DNA from: Candidatus Poseidoniales archaeon
Lineage (GTDB): Archaea; Thermoplasmatota; Poseidoniia; Poseidoniales; Poseidoniaceae
DNA length: 64,000 bases
Reading direction: 5' to 3'
Assembly (NCBI GenBank): GCA_038110525.1
Contig: JAYNJV010000001.1
Coordinates: 126,130-190,129 of the forward strand
The notes under the pieces are model-generated. The model worked only from the letters and a program-made list of their open reading frames with translations, was not told the DNA's origin and made no database searches. Positions 17,425 to 27,011 of the stretch are shown piece after piece. How positions within the stretch are numbered: the stretch's first letter is position 1; the number at the start of each line of letters is the position of its first letter. Position numbers and translations under genes: made by a program.

Positions 17425-19725
17425 TTATTCTTCATGAGCCTTTAAACTACATTCAATCCATTTTGAAGTAGGCGTGTTGGATATATCTGCAGTTGATTCA
17501 AGTGGAACAAGGACGTTTGCTTCAGGAAAGTAGGACGCTAGATTACCTCTTGGAATTGGATAAGCCACAATTGACCATCGTTTTGATTCGATTGTTGAAT
17601 TACCGTAATGGCTGGTGATATCAACGAACTGACGTGATTTCCAACCCCGTTGCGCCATATCCTCTGCATTCATGAGAATGACGCGTCGATTTCCGCCTAT
17701 CCCTCTATATCGGTCTTGCAAGCCATAAATTGTAGTGTTGTATTGGTCATGGCTTCGGATTGTCATCATAACATATCTGCCTGGTTCAACTTCTAAGCGT
17801 GGGAGTGGATTTGAACTAAAATGGGCTTTTCCAGAACTTGTTGAGAAGGTGAGTGAATCACGTGGAGGATTAGGTAAAGAAAAACCCGATGCCTTACGAA
17901 CACGTTCATTGTATCGTTCGAATCCGTGTATCGAATTTTCTATTAAATCACGAATTTTATCGTAGTCATTTGCAAAGTTTTCCCAATCAAAATCGTCGTT
18001 GGGAAATGTTTTGGCCCCAATTGAACATATGATTGATACTTCACTTTTCAATTGGTCTGAAATTGGGTTCAATGAACCTTTGGACATATGAACGATACCC
18101 ATTGAATTCTCGACGGTTACAAATTGTGGTTCACCTTTTTGTATATCGATCTCAGTTCGTCCAAGACATGGCAATATCAATGCTGTTTTTCCTGTGATGA
18201 GATGACTTCGATTTAGTTTTGTGGATACTTGAACTGTAAAATCTACATTTTGAATGGCTTCTCCTGTCCTTCTTGTCTGTGGTGAAGCCGACAAAAAATT
18301 ACCACCCATGCAAAAGAAGAAATCAACATCTCCGTTTTCCATAGCATGGATTGAATTGACAACATCATATCCATGTTGACGTGGTACATCAAAACCTAAG
18401 GCTTCTTCTAACCTCTCTAGAAAAGCTTCAGGCGGTGCTTCCCAGATACCCATGGTTCTGTCACCTTGAACATTTGAATGCCCACGAACCGGACATAGTC
18501 CCGCTCCCTTTTTGCCGATATGGCCACCAAGAAGCATGAGATTCACAACTTCTTGAATCACTTGCACCCCGTTTCGGTGTTGTGTAAGCCCCATTGCCCA
18601 GCATGATATTGTCGATTTAGAATCAATACAAAGTGATGCGAGTGATTGAATTTGGGCAACACTAATTCCAGCTTGTAGTGAAAGGTCTTCGAGGTCAACA
18701 TTGCTAAGGCTTGACTTGAATGCTTCAAAATCAAGGCAATTGTTTTCGATAAAATTCACATCGTGACCATTTCTAGATATAATGACTTTCGAAATGGCTT
18801 GCAACAAAGCAGCATCCCCACCGATTTTGACTGGTACGAACATGTCAGCGAGTTGTGTCGAGGCAAAATTAGCCTTCATGTAATCTTGAGGATGCTTAAA
18901 TCGTTGCAATCCTGCTTCTGGGAGCGGATTGATGCTGACAATTTTAGCGCCGTTCTTTTTGGCAGATTCTAATGCTGATAACATTCGTGGATGATTTGTT
19001 CCCGGATTTTGTCCAATGACGAGAATAAGGTCGGCGTGATCAAAGTCATTTAACGTAACAGTGCCCTTTCCAATGCCGATGGTGCTCGATAGTGCTTTAC
19101 CACTCGATTCATGACACATATTGGAACAATCAGGGAGATTATTGGTTCCGAATTTTCGCACAAATGCTTGGTAAAGAAATGCGGCTTCATTGCTCGTACG
19201 ACCAGAGGTGTAGAAAACGGCACGATTTGGATTATCAAGCTCGTTAAGGCGATTTGAAATCATTTCAAAGGCTTCATTCCATGATATTTTTTCGTAATGG
19301 TCGCTCCCTTCTTTCAATACCATTGGGTGACTCAATCGCCCACTTGCGTTGAGTTCATAGTCAGACCATGAAAGTAGTTGGGAAACAGAATGTGTCTCAA
19401 AAAAATCTGGGCCGAGTGTCTTCGTCATTGCTTCATCAGCAACAGCCTTAGCGCCATTTTCACAAAACTCGAATGATGACCTGTGCTCTGGGTCTGGCCA
19501 TGCACATCCTGGGCAATCAAACCCCTCATTTTGATTGACAAGGCCTAAGGTTTTGACTGTTCGCGTTACACCCATTTTCCGAATTGAGTGATTGAATGAT
19601 GAGACGATAGCGGGAATTCCTGCGGCCTGACTTTTTGGCTTTTTTATTTTTAGATTCGCACTATCAGGCGGCGTTTCCGATATCTTTCGAATTGACATTC
19701 CGTTCACCTTTGGTATTCTGCTCAT
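17425..19725 (-). CDS. FdhF/YdeP-family molybdopterin oxidoreductase
   Basis: GFDCPGCAWPD, FEFCENGAKA, YTSGRTSNEAAF, NNLPDCSNMCHE, GQNPGTNHPRM, PVRGHSNVQGDRTMG, TIRSHDQYNTTIYG. Confidence 0.93.
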   Translation of the reverse strand: MSRIPKVNGMSIRKISETPPDSANLKIKKPKSQAAGIPAIVSSFNHSIRKMGVTRTVKTLGLVNQNEGFDCPGCAWPDPEHRSSFEFCENGAKAVADEAMTKTLGPDFFETHSVSQLLSWSDYELNASGRLSHPMVLKEGSDHYEKISWNEAFEMISNRLNELDNPNRAVFYTSGRTSNEAAFLYQAFVRKFGTNNLPDCSNMCHESSGKALSSTIGIGKGTVTLNDFDHADLILVIGQNPGTNHPRMLSALESAKKNGAKIVSINPLPEAGLQRFKHPQDYMKANFASTQLADMFVPVKIGGDAALLQAISKVIISRNGHDVNFIENNCLDFEAFKSSLSNVDLEDLSLQAGISVAQIQSLASLCIDSKSTISCWAMGLTQHRNGVQVIQEVVNLMLLGGHIGKKGAGLCPVRGHSNVQGDRTMGIWEAPPEAFLERLEEALGFDVPRQHGYDVVNSIHAMENGDVDFFFCMGGNFLSASPQTRRTGEAIQNVDFTVQVSTKLNRSHLITGKTALILPCLGRTEIDIQKGEPQFVTVENSMGIVHMSKGSLNPISDQLKSEVSIICSIGAKTFPNDDFDWENFANDYDKIRDLIENSIHGFERYNERVRKASGFSLPNPPRDSLTFSTSSGKAHFSSNPLPRLEVEPGRYVMMTIRSHDQYNTTIYGLQDRYRGIGGNRRVILMNAEDMAQRGWKSRQFVDITSHYGNSTIESKRWSIVAYPIPRGNLASYFPEANVLVPLESTADISNTPTSKWIECSLKAHEE

Positions 19726-19735
19726 CTACTCAAAC

Positions 19736-20521
19736 TTATGGCATAATTTTCGATGCTCCTGCACCAATAATGACGCAAGAAGTTTCTTTCAGAAAAGAAA
19801 CGATTGTCATGTTACAACTTCTTGCTGCATCTACCGCAAGACTTGAAGCAGCACCTAAACCAAAAATGAATTCAATGTTCCTTCGGCCAGCTTTTGCAAC
19901 AATGTCCCAGCCGATTCTTCCCGAGACCAACAAAGCTGAAACTTGACTGCTGTACTTCATTAATATTGAATGGCCAAGAGCTTTGTCAACAGCATTGTGC
20001 CTGCCGATGTCTTCTTTGACCACCTGAAGCACACCGTCGGTTGTGATTAGACCTGCTGAATGCATGCCTCCTGTTTTAGCAAAACCATCTGCGTTTAGAA
20101 AATGAGTTTGGTAAATTTCGTAGATATTTTTCATTGAAACATGTTCAATTTTAGATTCTACATATGGAATACTCGAGATTAAACCTTCAATTGAGGGGGA
20201 ATTACAACCTCCACATGAAGTAGTGACAATTCTCGGCATCACTGGGACTTGGATTTGTTGTTGATGTTGCAACCGAATCGAACAATGGTTTCCATGGTTG
20301 TTAACAGAAACCTCGTTTTCATTGGATAATAGGAGATCGTATTCAGTTGCCAAATGTCCAACAGTTAATTCTACAAGTGAGTCGTTTGAGGCAAGGAGTT
20401 GTGTTAACAAAGCGTCTCCTACTTGAATCGAAACAAGTGATTCGTCTGCTAATTGTTCCTCAAAAGGTGTAGAAGAATGATTATTCCATTGATGGGCCAG
20501 TACTGTTGAATACAGTGCCAT
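19736..20521 (-). CDS. fdhD: Formate dehydrogenase accessory sulfurtransferase FdhD
   Basis: TTSCGGC, FAKTGGMHSAG, EDIGRHNAVDKALG, VSGR; adjacent to the YdeP-type gene. Confidence 0.93.
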   Translation of the reverse strand: MALYSTVLAHQWNNHSSTPFEEQLADESLVSIQVGDALLTQLLASNDSLVELTVGHLATEYDLLLSNENEVSVNNHGNHCSIRLQHQQQIQVPVMPRIVTTSCGGCNSPSIEGLISSIPYVESKIEHVSMKNIYEIYQTHFLNADGFAKTGGMHSAGLITTDGVLQVVKEDIGRHNAVDKALGHSILMKYSSQVSALLVSGRIGWDIVAKAGRRNIEFIFGLGAASSLAVDAARSCNMTIVSFLKETSCVIIGAGASKIMP

Positions 20522-20529
20522 AGAAATGA

Positions 20530-21099
20530 CTAATCGACATCGTTTTTAATTTCATTTGTTTCAAGGATGTCTAGGTCGAAGAATTCGAATTGTAAATTAA
20601 CCAATTCTTCACTAGAGGTCGCCTTTGCATAAGCTTCCAACGGTTCCTGATTTAATTCAAAAAATCGCTTCCCCCATCGAAATGCTCCGAGAGTTTGTTC
20701 GGCTTGTTGTTTGTTACCAACTAAATACAGGGTTGCAGCAATGGCTTCCATGGTTGTTAAACGTGAAGGCTTTCCCCAGTTTACTGGATTTGCGGCGAGG
20801 AGCAATGGTAGCATTCGGGGGACTAAACGAGTTGTTTTTGTAACGAGTTCGACACTTTTTTCAATTTGAGCCCAGGAACAATCAAGGCCAACAAGATGTC
20901 CATTTTTTTCAAGAAGAATATGATGGTCTTCGGGCCCAAATACCTTTCCAGATAGAGGTTCAAGCAAGATGCCCTTTTTTGGTAATGTTTTCATTTTCTT
21001 GTGAAGTACAATATCATCCCTTTTGCTTGCAATAACAGCGGTGTTCTTTTTTGGATCATCTTGTGCTAACCAAATAGCATGAAGTGGAATGACCGTCAT
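20530..21099 (-). CDS. tsr3: 16S rRNA aminocarboxypropyltransferase Tsr3 (DUF367)
   Basis: QDDPKKNT, GLDCSW, RMLPLLLAANPVNWGKP, LTTMEAIAA, FRWGKRFFELN. Confidence 0.93.
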   Translation of the reverse strand: MTVIPLHAIWLAQDDPKKNTAVIASKRDDIVLHKKMKTLPKKGILLEPLSGKVFGPEDHHILLEKNGHLVGLDCSWAQIEKSVELVTKTTRLVPRMLPLLLAANPVNWGKPSRLTTMEAIAATLYLVGNKQQAEQTLGAFRWGKRFFELNQEPLEAYAKATSSEELVNLQFEFFDLDILETNEIKNDVD

Positions 21100-21573
21100 T
21101 TACTCACCAAGGTCATTGAGATAATCACCGAGTGTGAGGCCTCTTCCCATTGATGATGATAACAAATTGTTTTGGTCATCATTCGATTCAATCATTAAAG
21201 AAATTTCAAGAATTTTTTCAAATTTTGAAATGACAGAGTCAGTTGGTCGTTTTCCCGCCTCAGCTGATTTAACAACATTCACGGTTTCAGCCATTTTTTT
21301 TCCCAGTTCTTGAACAGTCCAGTTTTTTCGCTTTCTCGCTTTCATAATTCTTTTACCAAAATCGGGAGCAAGTTCAGTGGACTGTTTTCTCATGATGTCA
21401 TGCGATGGTCGAGGCTTAAATGAACTTGAATTCGAAGGCCGAGAAAGAGTTGAAGATTTCTTTTGGACATCAAACCGCTCGGAACACCTCATACATGCCA
21501 TTACAGAAGCTCTTCCAGTTTTTACTTCCCTGGTGGAGACTTTCATTGCCCCACACAATTCACAATCGCCCAT
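21100..21573 (-). CDS. mbf1: Archaeal multiprotein bridging factor 1 (zinc ribbon plus HTH)
   Basis: MGDCELCG...CMRC N-terminal zinc ribbon; HTH ARKRKNWTVQELGKKMAET...AEAG; C-terminal LTLGD; divergent from pan, a known archaeal neighbourhood. Confidence 0.92.
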   Translation of the reverse strand: MGDCELCGAMKVSTREVKTGRASVMACMRCSERFDVQKKSSTLSRPSNSSSFKPRPSHDIMRKQSTELAPDFGKRIMKARKRKNWTVQELGKKMAETVNVVKSAEAGKRPTDSVISKFEKILEISLMIESNDDQNNLLSSSMGRGLTLGDYLNDLGE

Positions 21574-21686
21574 GCCATCCCCACCTATCTTAGGATGGAG
21601 GTAAATTTGAATCCTTCGATTTGAAATAATTTGAGAAAATAAATGCTTTATTCTTATAGGGTTGATGTGTAGCGACATATGAGAGC

Positions 21687-22910
21687 ATGAGTACAGAAGT
21701 CGATGAAAAAAATGCAGAAATTACTGCAAAATCTGATGATGCACTTCGATCATTAGAGCAAAGTTACAAAATACTTCAAGAAGAAACTCAACTTCTCATC
21801 AATGATCGTACTCATTTAGAAAATGAATTAAGACAAATGCGAAGGAAAGTTGAGAAATTGCAAGAAAATATTCAGATCCTCAAATTACCTCCACTCATTG
21901 TTGGTTTTTTGCAAGATAAACTCGACTCAGAAAGTGCCATTGTACGTTCTTCGAATGGGACCGTCTTCCAAGTCGGGATTAATCCCCTCATAGACCCGGA
22001 ACGATTGAAGCCTGGCACAAGAGTTGCTTTGAACCAAGATACTCTATCAGTAGTTGAAGTACTTTCAGATGCTTGGGACCCGATGGTTAGCGGCGCAGAA
22101 GTCGTGGAAAAACCTGGTGTGAAGTATGAGGATGTAGCCGGCGTTGATGAACAACTTGATTCTGTTCGAGAGGCTGTTGAATTGCCGCTTACACATCCAG
22201 AATTATTCACAAAAGTAGGAGTCCAACCACCCAAAGGTGTTCTTCTTGTTGGACCTCCAGGTTGTGGTAAGACGCTTATTGCGAAGGCAGTTGCACACCA
22301 TACCGATGCTACATTTATTCGAATGGTCGGTAGTGAATTGGCCCAAAAATACATCGGTGAAGGTGGAAGATTAGTACGTGAATTATTTTCCTTAGCAGTT
22401 TCCAAAGCTCCAGCAATTATATTCCTTGATGAGATTGATGCGATAGGTGCAAAACGCCTTGATAGTTCTACAAGCGGAGATAGGGAGGTTCAACGTACGC
22501 TTATGCAACTGTTAGCAGAATTAGACGGTTTTGATTCCCTTCATGATGTCAAGATTATTGCAGCCACAAATCGACCAGATATTCTTGATGATGCACTGTT
22601 AAGGCCCGGAAGGTTTGATAGAATTGTCGAGATACCATTGCCTGATGATCAAGCAAGAAAGAGTATTTTAGAAGTCCACCTTTCAAAAATGAATACAAAA
22701 AGAGTAAAAATTTCTTCTTTAATTGAAAAAACGAAGGGCTACTCTGGAGCGGATTTGAAGGCCTTGTGTGTTGAATCTGGTATGATTGCGATTCGAAATA
22801 AAAGGTCATTCATCGAACAAAAAGACCTCAATGATGCTTGTGTCGTTATCGATAAGAAAAAAGAGACTGGAACGCGCTTGACATCCTCGCCTCATGCTTT
22901 GTATTCATGA
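21687..22910 (+). CDS. pan: Proteasome-activating nucleotidase
   Basis: N-terminal coiled coil, PPLIVG, GPPGCGKT, GSELAQKYIGEG, FLDEID, EVQRTLMQLLAELDGF, ALLRPGRFDR; C-terminal LYS matches the HbYX motif. Confidence 0.97.
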   Translation: MSTEVDEKNAEITAKSDDALRSLEQSYKILQEETQLLINDRTHLENELRQMRRKVEKLQENIQILKLPPLIVGFLQDKLDSESAIVRSSNGTVFQVGINPLIDPERLKPGTRVALNQDTLSVVEVLSDAWDPMVSGAEVVEKPGVKYEDVAGVDEQLDSVREAVELPLTHPELFTKVGVQPPKGVLLVGPPGCGKTLIAKAVAHHTDATFIRMVGSELAQKYIGEGGRLVRELFSLAVSKAPAIIFLDEIDAIGAKRLDSSTSGDREVQRTLMQLLAELDGFDSLHDVKIIAATNRPDILDDALLRPGRFDRIVEIPLPDDQARKSILEVHLSKMNTKRVKISSLIEKTKGYSGADLKALCVESGMIAIRNKRSFIEQKDLNDACVVIDKKKETGTRLTSSPHALYS

Positions 22911-22960
22911 GGGGACATGTCAACATTCAAGGAGTGGATTGCTACCCTTGATTTGATACA

Positions 22961-24001
22961 ATGTATATTGAGTGTGTTCCAAATATTTCAGAGGGCATTG
23001 ACCTTGACAAGATTGAGTCCATTGTGAATGCCGCCAGAACAGTCGACGGATGTGTCGTCTTAGGGGTTGAGCCAGATGCAGATTATAACCGAACAGTGAT
23101 TACATTAGCAGGCTTACCTGAGAATGTGTATGAAGGTACGAAAGCGCTTGTCATCAAAGCAATTCATGAAATTGACATGCGACAGCATAAAGGCGAACAT
23201 CCAAGATTGGGAGCGGTTGATGTCTGTCCATTCGTGCCTTTGGAATCATCAATGAAATCTACTTGCATTAAACTTGCCAAAAGGCTTGCAAAAGAAATTC
23301 ATGAAGAGTCAAAAGTTTGCACCTATCTCTATGGATTTGCTGCTCAACACGAGGCTAAGATTATGCTATCAGACATCCGAAAAGGGCAATATGAAGGTCT
23401 TCAAGACAGATTTGGACCCAATGCTCAAAACTTGCCAGATGAAATTGTTAAACCTGATTTTGGTCAACCACAATGGAATGAAGTTACAGAAAAATCGGGC
23501 TGTATCACCATCGGGGCACGAGATATTCTGATTGCCTACAATGTGAATGTGCATGAGCAGGATGCCTCCATATCGAAGAAAATAGGTTCGTTGGTCAGAA
23601 GTTCGGGTCGACCAATAAAAAACGGACAGGGGCAAACCATTCGTCTACCAGGTTTGTTGAGTAAGGTGCAAGGCATGGGTGTTCAACTTGAAAGAATGGG
23701 TATTAGTCAGGTTTCAATGAACATACTCGATAGGCATGCCACACCGATTCATACTGCATTTTTGGTTTGCCAAACCTTAGGCGAGGACCATGGGGTGAAG
23801 GTTGCAGGTAGTGAAATAGTAGGCCTAATACCCCTTCAAACTATGCTGGAAGCTGGTGAATTTTTTGCTAAAAATGATGGATTATCTGAGCATGATTTGG
23901 TTGAAGCAGCCATTGAGGGTTTGGGTTTGCGAGAATTTCATGATTTTGATCCTGCCATCCGAATCATCGAATGGGCAATAGCAAAGGAGTTGACACAATG
24001 A
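22961..24001 (+). CDS. ftcD: Glutamate formimidoyltransferase (FtcD N-terminal part)
   Basis: ECVPNISEG, DADYNRTVIT, IDMRQHKGEHPRLGAVDVCPFVPL, IRKGQYEGL, GARDILIAYNVN, QVSMN, SEIVGLIP. Confidence 0.95.
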   Translation: MYIECVPNISEGIDLDKIESIVNAARTVDGCVVLGVEPDADYNRTVITLAGLPENVYEGTKALVIKAIHEIDMRQHKGEHPRLGAVDVCPFVPLESSMKSTCIKLAKRLAKEIHEESKVCTYLYGFAAQHEAKIMLSDIRKGQYEGLQDRFGPNAQNLPDEIVKPDFGQPQWNEVTEKSGCITIGARDILIAYNVNVHEQDASISKKIGSLVRSSGRPIKNGQGQTIRLPGLLSKVQGMGVQLERMGISQVSMNILDRHATPIHTAFLVCQTLGEDHGVKVAGSEIVGLIPLQTMLEAGEFFAKNDGLSEHDLVEAAIEGLGLREFHDFDPAIRIIEWAIAKELTQ

Positions 24002-24624
24002 CCTTCATGGATAAAACACTTAGAGAATTTCAAATGATGTTAGCCTCAGAACAACCTACTCCCGGCGGTGGAACGGCTTCAGCGGTGGCTTTAGGTCAAG
24101 CTGCTGCACTTACATGCATGGTTTCAAAATTAACACTCTCCAGTGAAAAATGGGAAAGGGGGTGGGATATCTCACGGCAAAGTCTTGCAATTGCAGAACC
24201 ACTTCTTGAGAAGGCTGGCCAACTTGCTCAACAGGATAGTGATGCTTTTGATGAAGTCATGCGAAGTTACCGATTACCAAAGTTGTCTGATAAGGAAATT
24301 CAAATTCGACGGAGCCAGATTGAAAGTTCAACCTTGACCGCGACTAAAGTGCCGCTGGAGACATCAATTCTTGCAGTTAAATTACTGGAAGTCTTACCTC
24401 AATTGGCCTTGTTAGGAAATTCTAATGCTGTCACTGACGTAGGCGTTGCGGGACTACTCGCAAGCGCAGCAGCAAAAGGGGCTTTGTTCAATGTTTCAAT
24501 CAATGTTGGAGGATTATCTGCTGAGCATCGGAAGGATATCGAACCTCAAATCGAAACTTTGACCGAAAAAGCAAGGTTATTATCAAGAGAAATAATGGAA
24601 AATGTAAGAACTTCAATGACTTAA
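23998..24624 (+). CDS. Formiminotetrahydrofolate cyclodeaminase
   Basis: PTPGGGTASA, DSDAFDEVM, ATKVPL, GNSNAVTDVGVA, FNVSIN; ATGA overlap with the upstream formiminotransferase and AAGGAG RBS. Confidence 0.93.
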   Translation: MTFMDKTLREFQMMLASEQPTPGGGTASAVALGQAAALTCMVSKLTLSSEKWERGWDISRQSLAIAEPLLEKAGQLAQQDSDAFDEVMRSYRLPKLSDKEIQIRRSQIESSTLTATKVPLETSILAVKLLEVLPQLALLGNSNAVTDVGVAGLLASAAAKGALFNVSINVGGLSAEHRKDIEPQIETLTEKARLLSREIMENVRTSMT

Positions 24625-26897
24625 CGAACTTTTGAGCCAGGTGCAATGTTAGATTCTAAAGTTAAGATAGAAACAGAACCTTGACCATCATCTGCAGCAA
24701 GAATCATGCCCTCAGAATTTACTCCTCGAAGAGGGCGTGGTTTCAAATTTGCAACAAATACAATTTGTTTTCCTTCAAGTTGTTCAATGGAATAATATTC
24801 TTTCAATCCTGCACAAATTGTTCTTCCCGTGGTGGTGCCGTCATCAATGGTTAACACATACAATTTGTCTGCGTTGGGATGGTTTTCAGCTTTCGATATA
24901 ATGCCTGTCCGTAAATCTACGGACAAGAACGTCTCAAAGTCTAGGTATGTTATGCCTTCAGTTTCTTCCAATGTATCTCCACCTTTCTTCTTCTTTTTTC
25001 CACCTTTTACTGCGTGAGTTATGTTCTCATTTGAAAGGGTGTCTTCTTCAATCAAATCTTGCTCTCTTGCTAAAATTTCTTCCAAGTCAAGTCTTGAAAA
25101 GAGAGGTGTGGGTTGCTCAGTATTCCATGTTCTATCAGCCTTCCAATCAATTGCACTTTCCCAAGTCTGTGATGAGACTTGCGTTGTGTAACCCAGTGAT
25201 TCCCACAATCGTTGTGCACTTGCAGGCATAAATGGATGAGTAGCAATGGCCATCGTTCGAGCAACCCTCCAACCAAATGCCAATGTCGAAATGCTCTTTT
25301 GATATCCTTCATCATTTGGATTTTTCATATATTTCCATGGTTCTGCGGCCTGAAGCATTTGATTGCCATATTGAGCAATATTCATGATGTGGCGAAGTGA
25401 TTCCTTGAAGCGATGTTTCTCAAGTGATTCTGTGGCAAGATGAAACAATTGTTCTACTTCTTGTTTTTCATCTTCTAATTCATTGTTGTCAAATGGAGCA
25501 AATGGATCACTTGAATTCTCTTTAAGCCGATGACCTAATGTAAGCACCCTGTGTACAAAATTTCCATATGTTGCAATGAGTTCGGAATTAATTTTTTCAA
25601 CGAAATCCGGCCAATTAAAGTCAGTATCATGATTCTCCGGCATGTTAATACTAAGATAATAACGTAAAGTATCTGGATCGTATTGTTCCAAAAATGATGG
25701 CAACCAAACCGCGTGTTTCCTTGATTTGGAAAATTGACCCCCTGCTAAGAGGAGATAATGCATTGCAGGAACATTATGACCTAAGGCCAAATCACCTGGC
25801 TGTTGATCGAAAGTGATATCTTGGGCGTGAGATGTACGATTTGCCGCATTCAGCCCCATGATAAGTGCTGGCCAAATTATTGTGTGAAAGGGGATGTTGT
25901 CTTTTCCTAAGAAATATAGATGTCGTGGTATTTGACCATCTTCTGACACTTTCCACCAATTTTCCCATGCATCTATTCCATTTGGATGATCTGAAGCAAA
26001 ACGTTCTGCCCAAATTTGCGCACAAGTGAGGTACCCTTGAACAGCTTCAAACCACACATAAACGCACTTTCCTTGCCATTCATCATCATCAAATGGTATT
26101 GATATGCCCCAATTCAAATCTCGGGTCACCGCCCTTGGTCGTAGTTCAGCCTCTAATTGTTGCTTTGTCATCGCCTTTACATTTGAATTCCAAAACTCCT
26201 GTCGATTTGCAGCATATTGTTCCAAGGCATTTTGAAACATTTCCAGTCTGTAAAATAGATGTTGAGTATCACGAATTTCTATTGAAGAATTTGGAGTTAA
26301 TTTAGAGCGTGGTTCCTTTAATTCAAGGGCTTCATAGGTTGCACCACATGAATCACACTGGTCGCCTCTTGCATCTTTTGCTTGACAGTTTGGGCAAGTT
26401 CCCTCAACATATCTATCGGGTAGAAACCGTCCTTCACCCTCTTTGAGAACTTCATAGAATTGTTTGGTTGTCTTCGATTCGAATAATCCAGCATGAAACA
26501 AACTTGAGAAGTTTTGTTGAACTTTCATTTTATGGTCAATATCGCTCGTTCTGTTGAATAATGAACCACCAAATTCTACACCTCTATGGTCAATGTTTGG
26601 TTCCCAAGAACATCCTAAATCAAGGAGAGCCTTTTTGTTGATTGCATGATACTTGTCAACAACTTCTTGCGGGCTTAGTCCATCCTGTTCTGCTGTAATT
26701 GTAATCGGAGTTCCGTGCTCGTCGCTTCCAGAAACCATCAGCACTCTATTTCCCTTCGCCCTTTCAAAACGTGCTTGAATATCCGGCGGGAGATAGCAAC
26801 CAGCAACATGGCCAAGGTGCAATGGGCCATTTGCATATGGCCAAGCTACACAAATCAGTACATGTTCACCAGCCATGTCGCTCATTACTTCCTGCAA
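24621..26897 (-). CDS. metG: Methionyl-tRNA synthetase with C-terminal tRNA-binding (Trbp111/EMAP) domain
   Basis: AWPYANGPLHLGH, GSDEHGTPI, Zn knuckles CPNC/CDSC, YVWFEA, GKDNIPFH, FSKSR, C-terminal HPNADKL...LKPRPLRGVNSEGM. Confidence 0.97.
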   Translation of the reverse strand: MQEVMSDMAGEHVLICVAWPYANGPLHLGHVAGCYLPPDIQARFERAKGNRVLMVSGSDEHGTPITITAEQDGLSPQEVVDKYHAINKKALLDLGCSWEPNIDHRGVEFGGSLFNRTSDIDHKMKVQQNFSSLFHAGLFESKTTKQFYEVLKEGEGRFLPDRYVEGTCPNCQAKDARGDQCDSCGATYEALELKEPRSKLTPNSSIEIRDTQHLFYRLEMFQNALEQYAANRQEFWNSNVKAMTKQQLEAELRPRAVTRDLNWGISIPFDDDEWQGKCVYVWFEAVQGYLTCAQIWAERFASDHPNGIDAWENWWKVSEDGQIPRHLYFLGKDNIPFHTIIWPALIMGLNAANRTSHAQDITFDQQPGDLALGHNVPAMHYLLLAGGQFSKSRKHAVWLPSFLEQYDPDTLRYYLSINMPENHDTDFNWPDFVEKINSELIATYGNFVHRVLTLGHRLKENSSDPFAPFDNNELEDEKQEVEQLFHLATESLEKHRFKESLRHIMNIAQYGNQMLQAAEPWKYMKNPNDEGYQKSISTLAFGWRVARTMAIATHPFMPASAQRLWESLGYTTQVSSQTWESAIDWKADRTWNTEQPTPLFSRLDLEEILAREQDLIEEDTLSNENITHAVKGGKKKKKGGDTLEETEGITYLDFETFLSVDLRTGIISKAENHPNADKLYVLTIDDGTTTGRTICAGLKEYYSIEQLEGKQIVFVANLKPRPLRGVNSEGMILAADDGQGSVSILTLESNIAPGSKVR

Positions 26898-27011
26898 ACT
26901 ACACTTTTTGAGTTTGACTCCAATCAGTCTTCTTTTCTATTGAATCCTCCGTCATTTTCAAAAGGAACACCCTTGTAGGACTCATTATCACAATCGGAGC
27001 ATTGACTCTTC

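Noticed and set aside
17425-19725. Selenocysteine or stop-codon readthrough in the formate dehydrogenase-like gene
   Set aside because: The frame is open throughout and the Mo-ligand position is Cys.
24960-25020. Lys-rich KGGKKKKKGG linker in MetRS as a novel element
   Set aside because: It lies in the variable linker before the C-terminal tRNA-binding domain, where low-complexity sequence is common.
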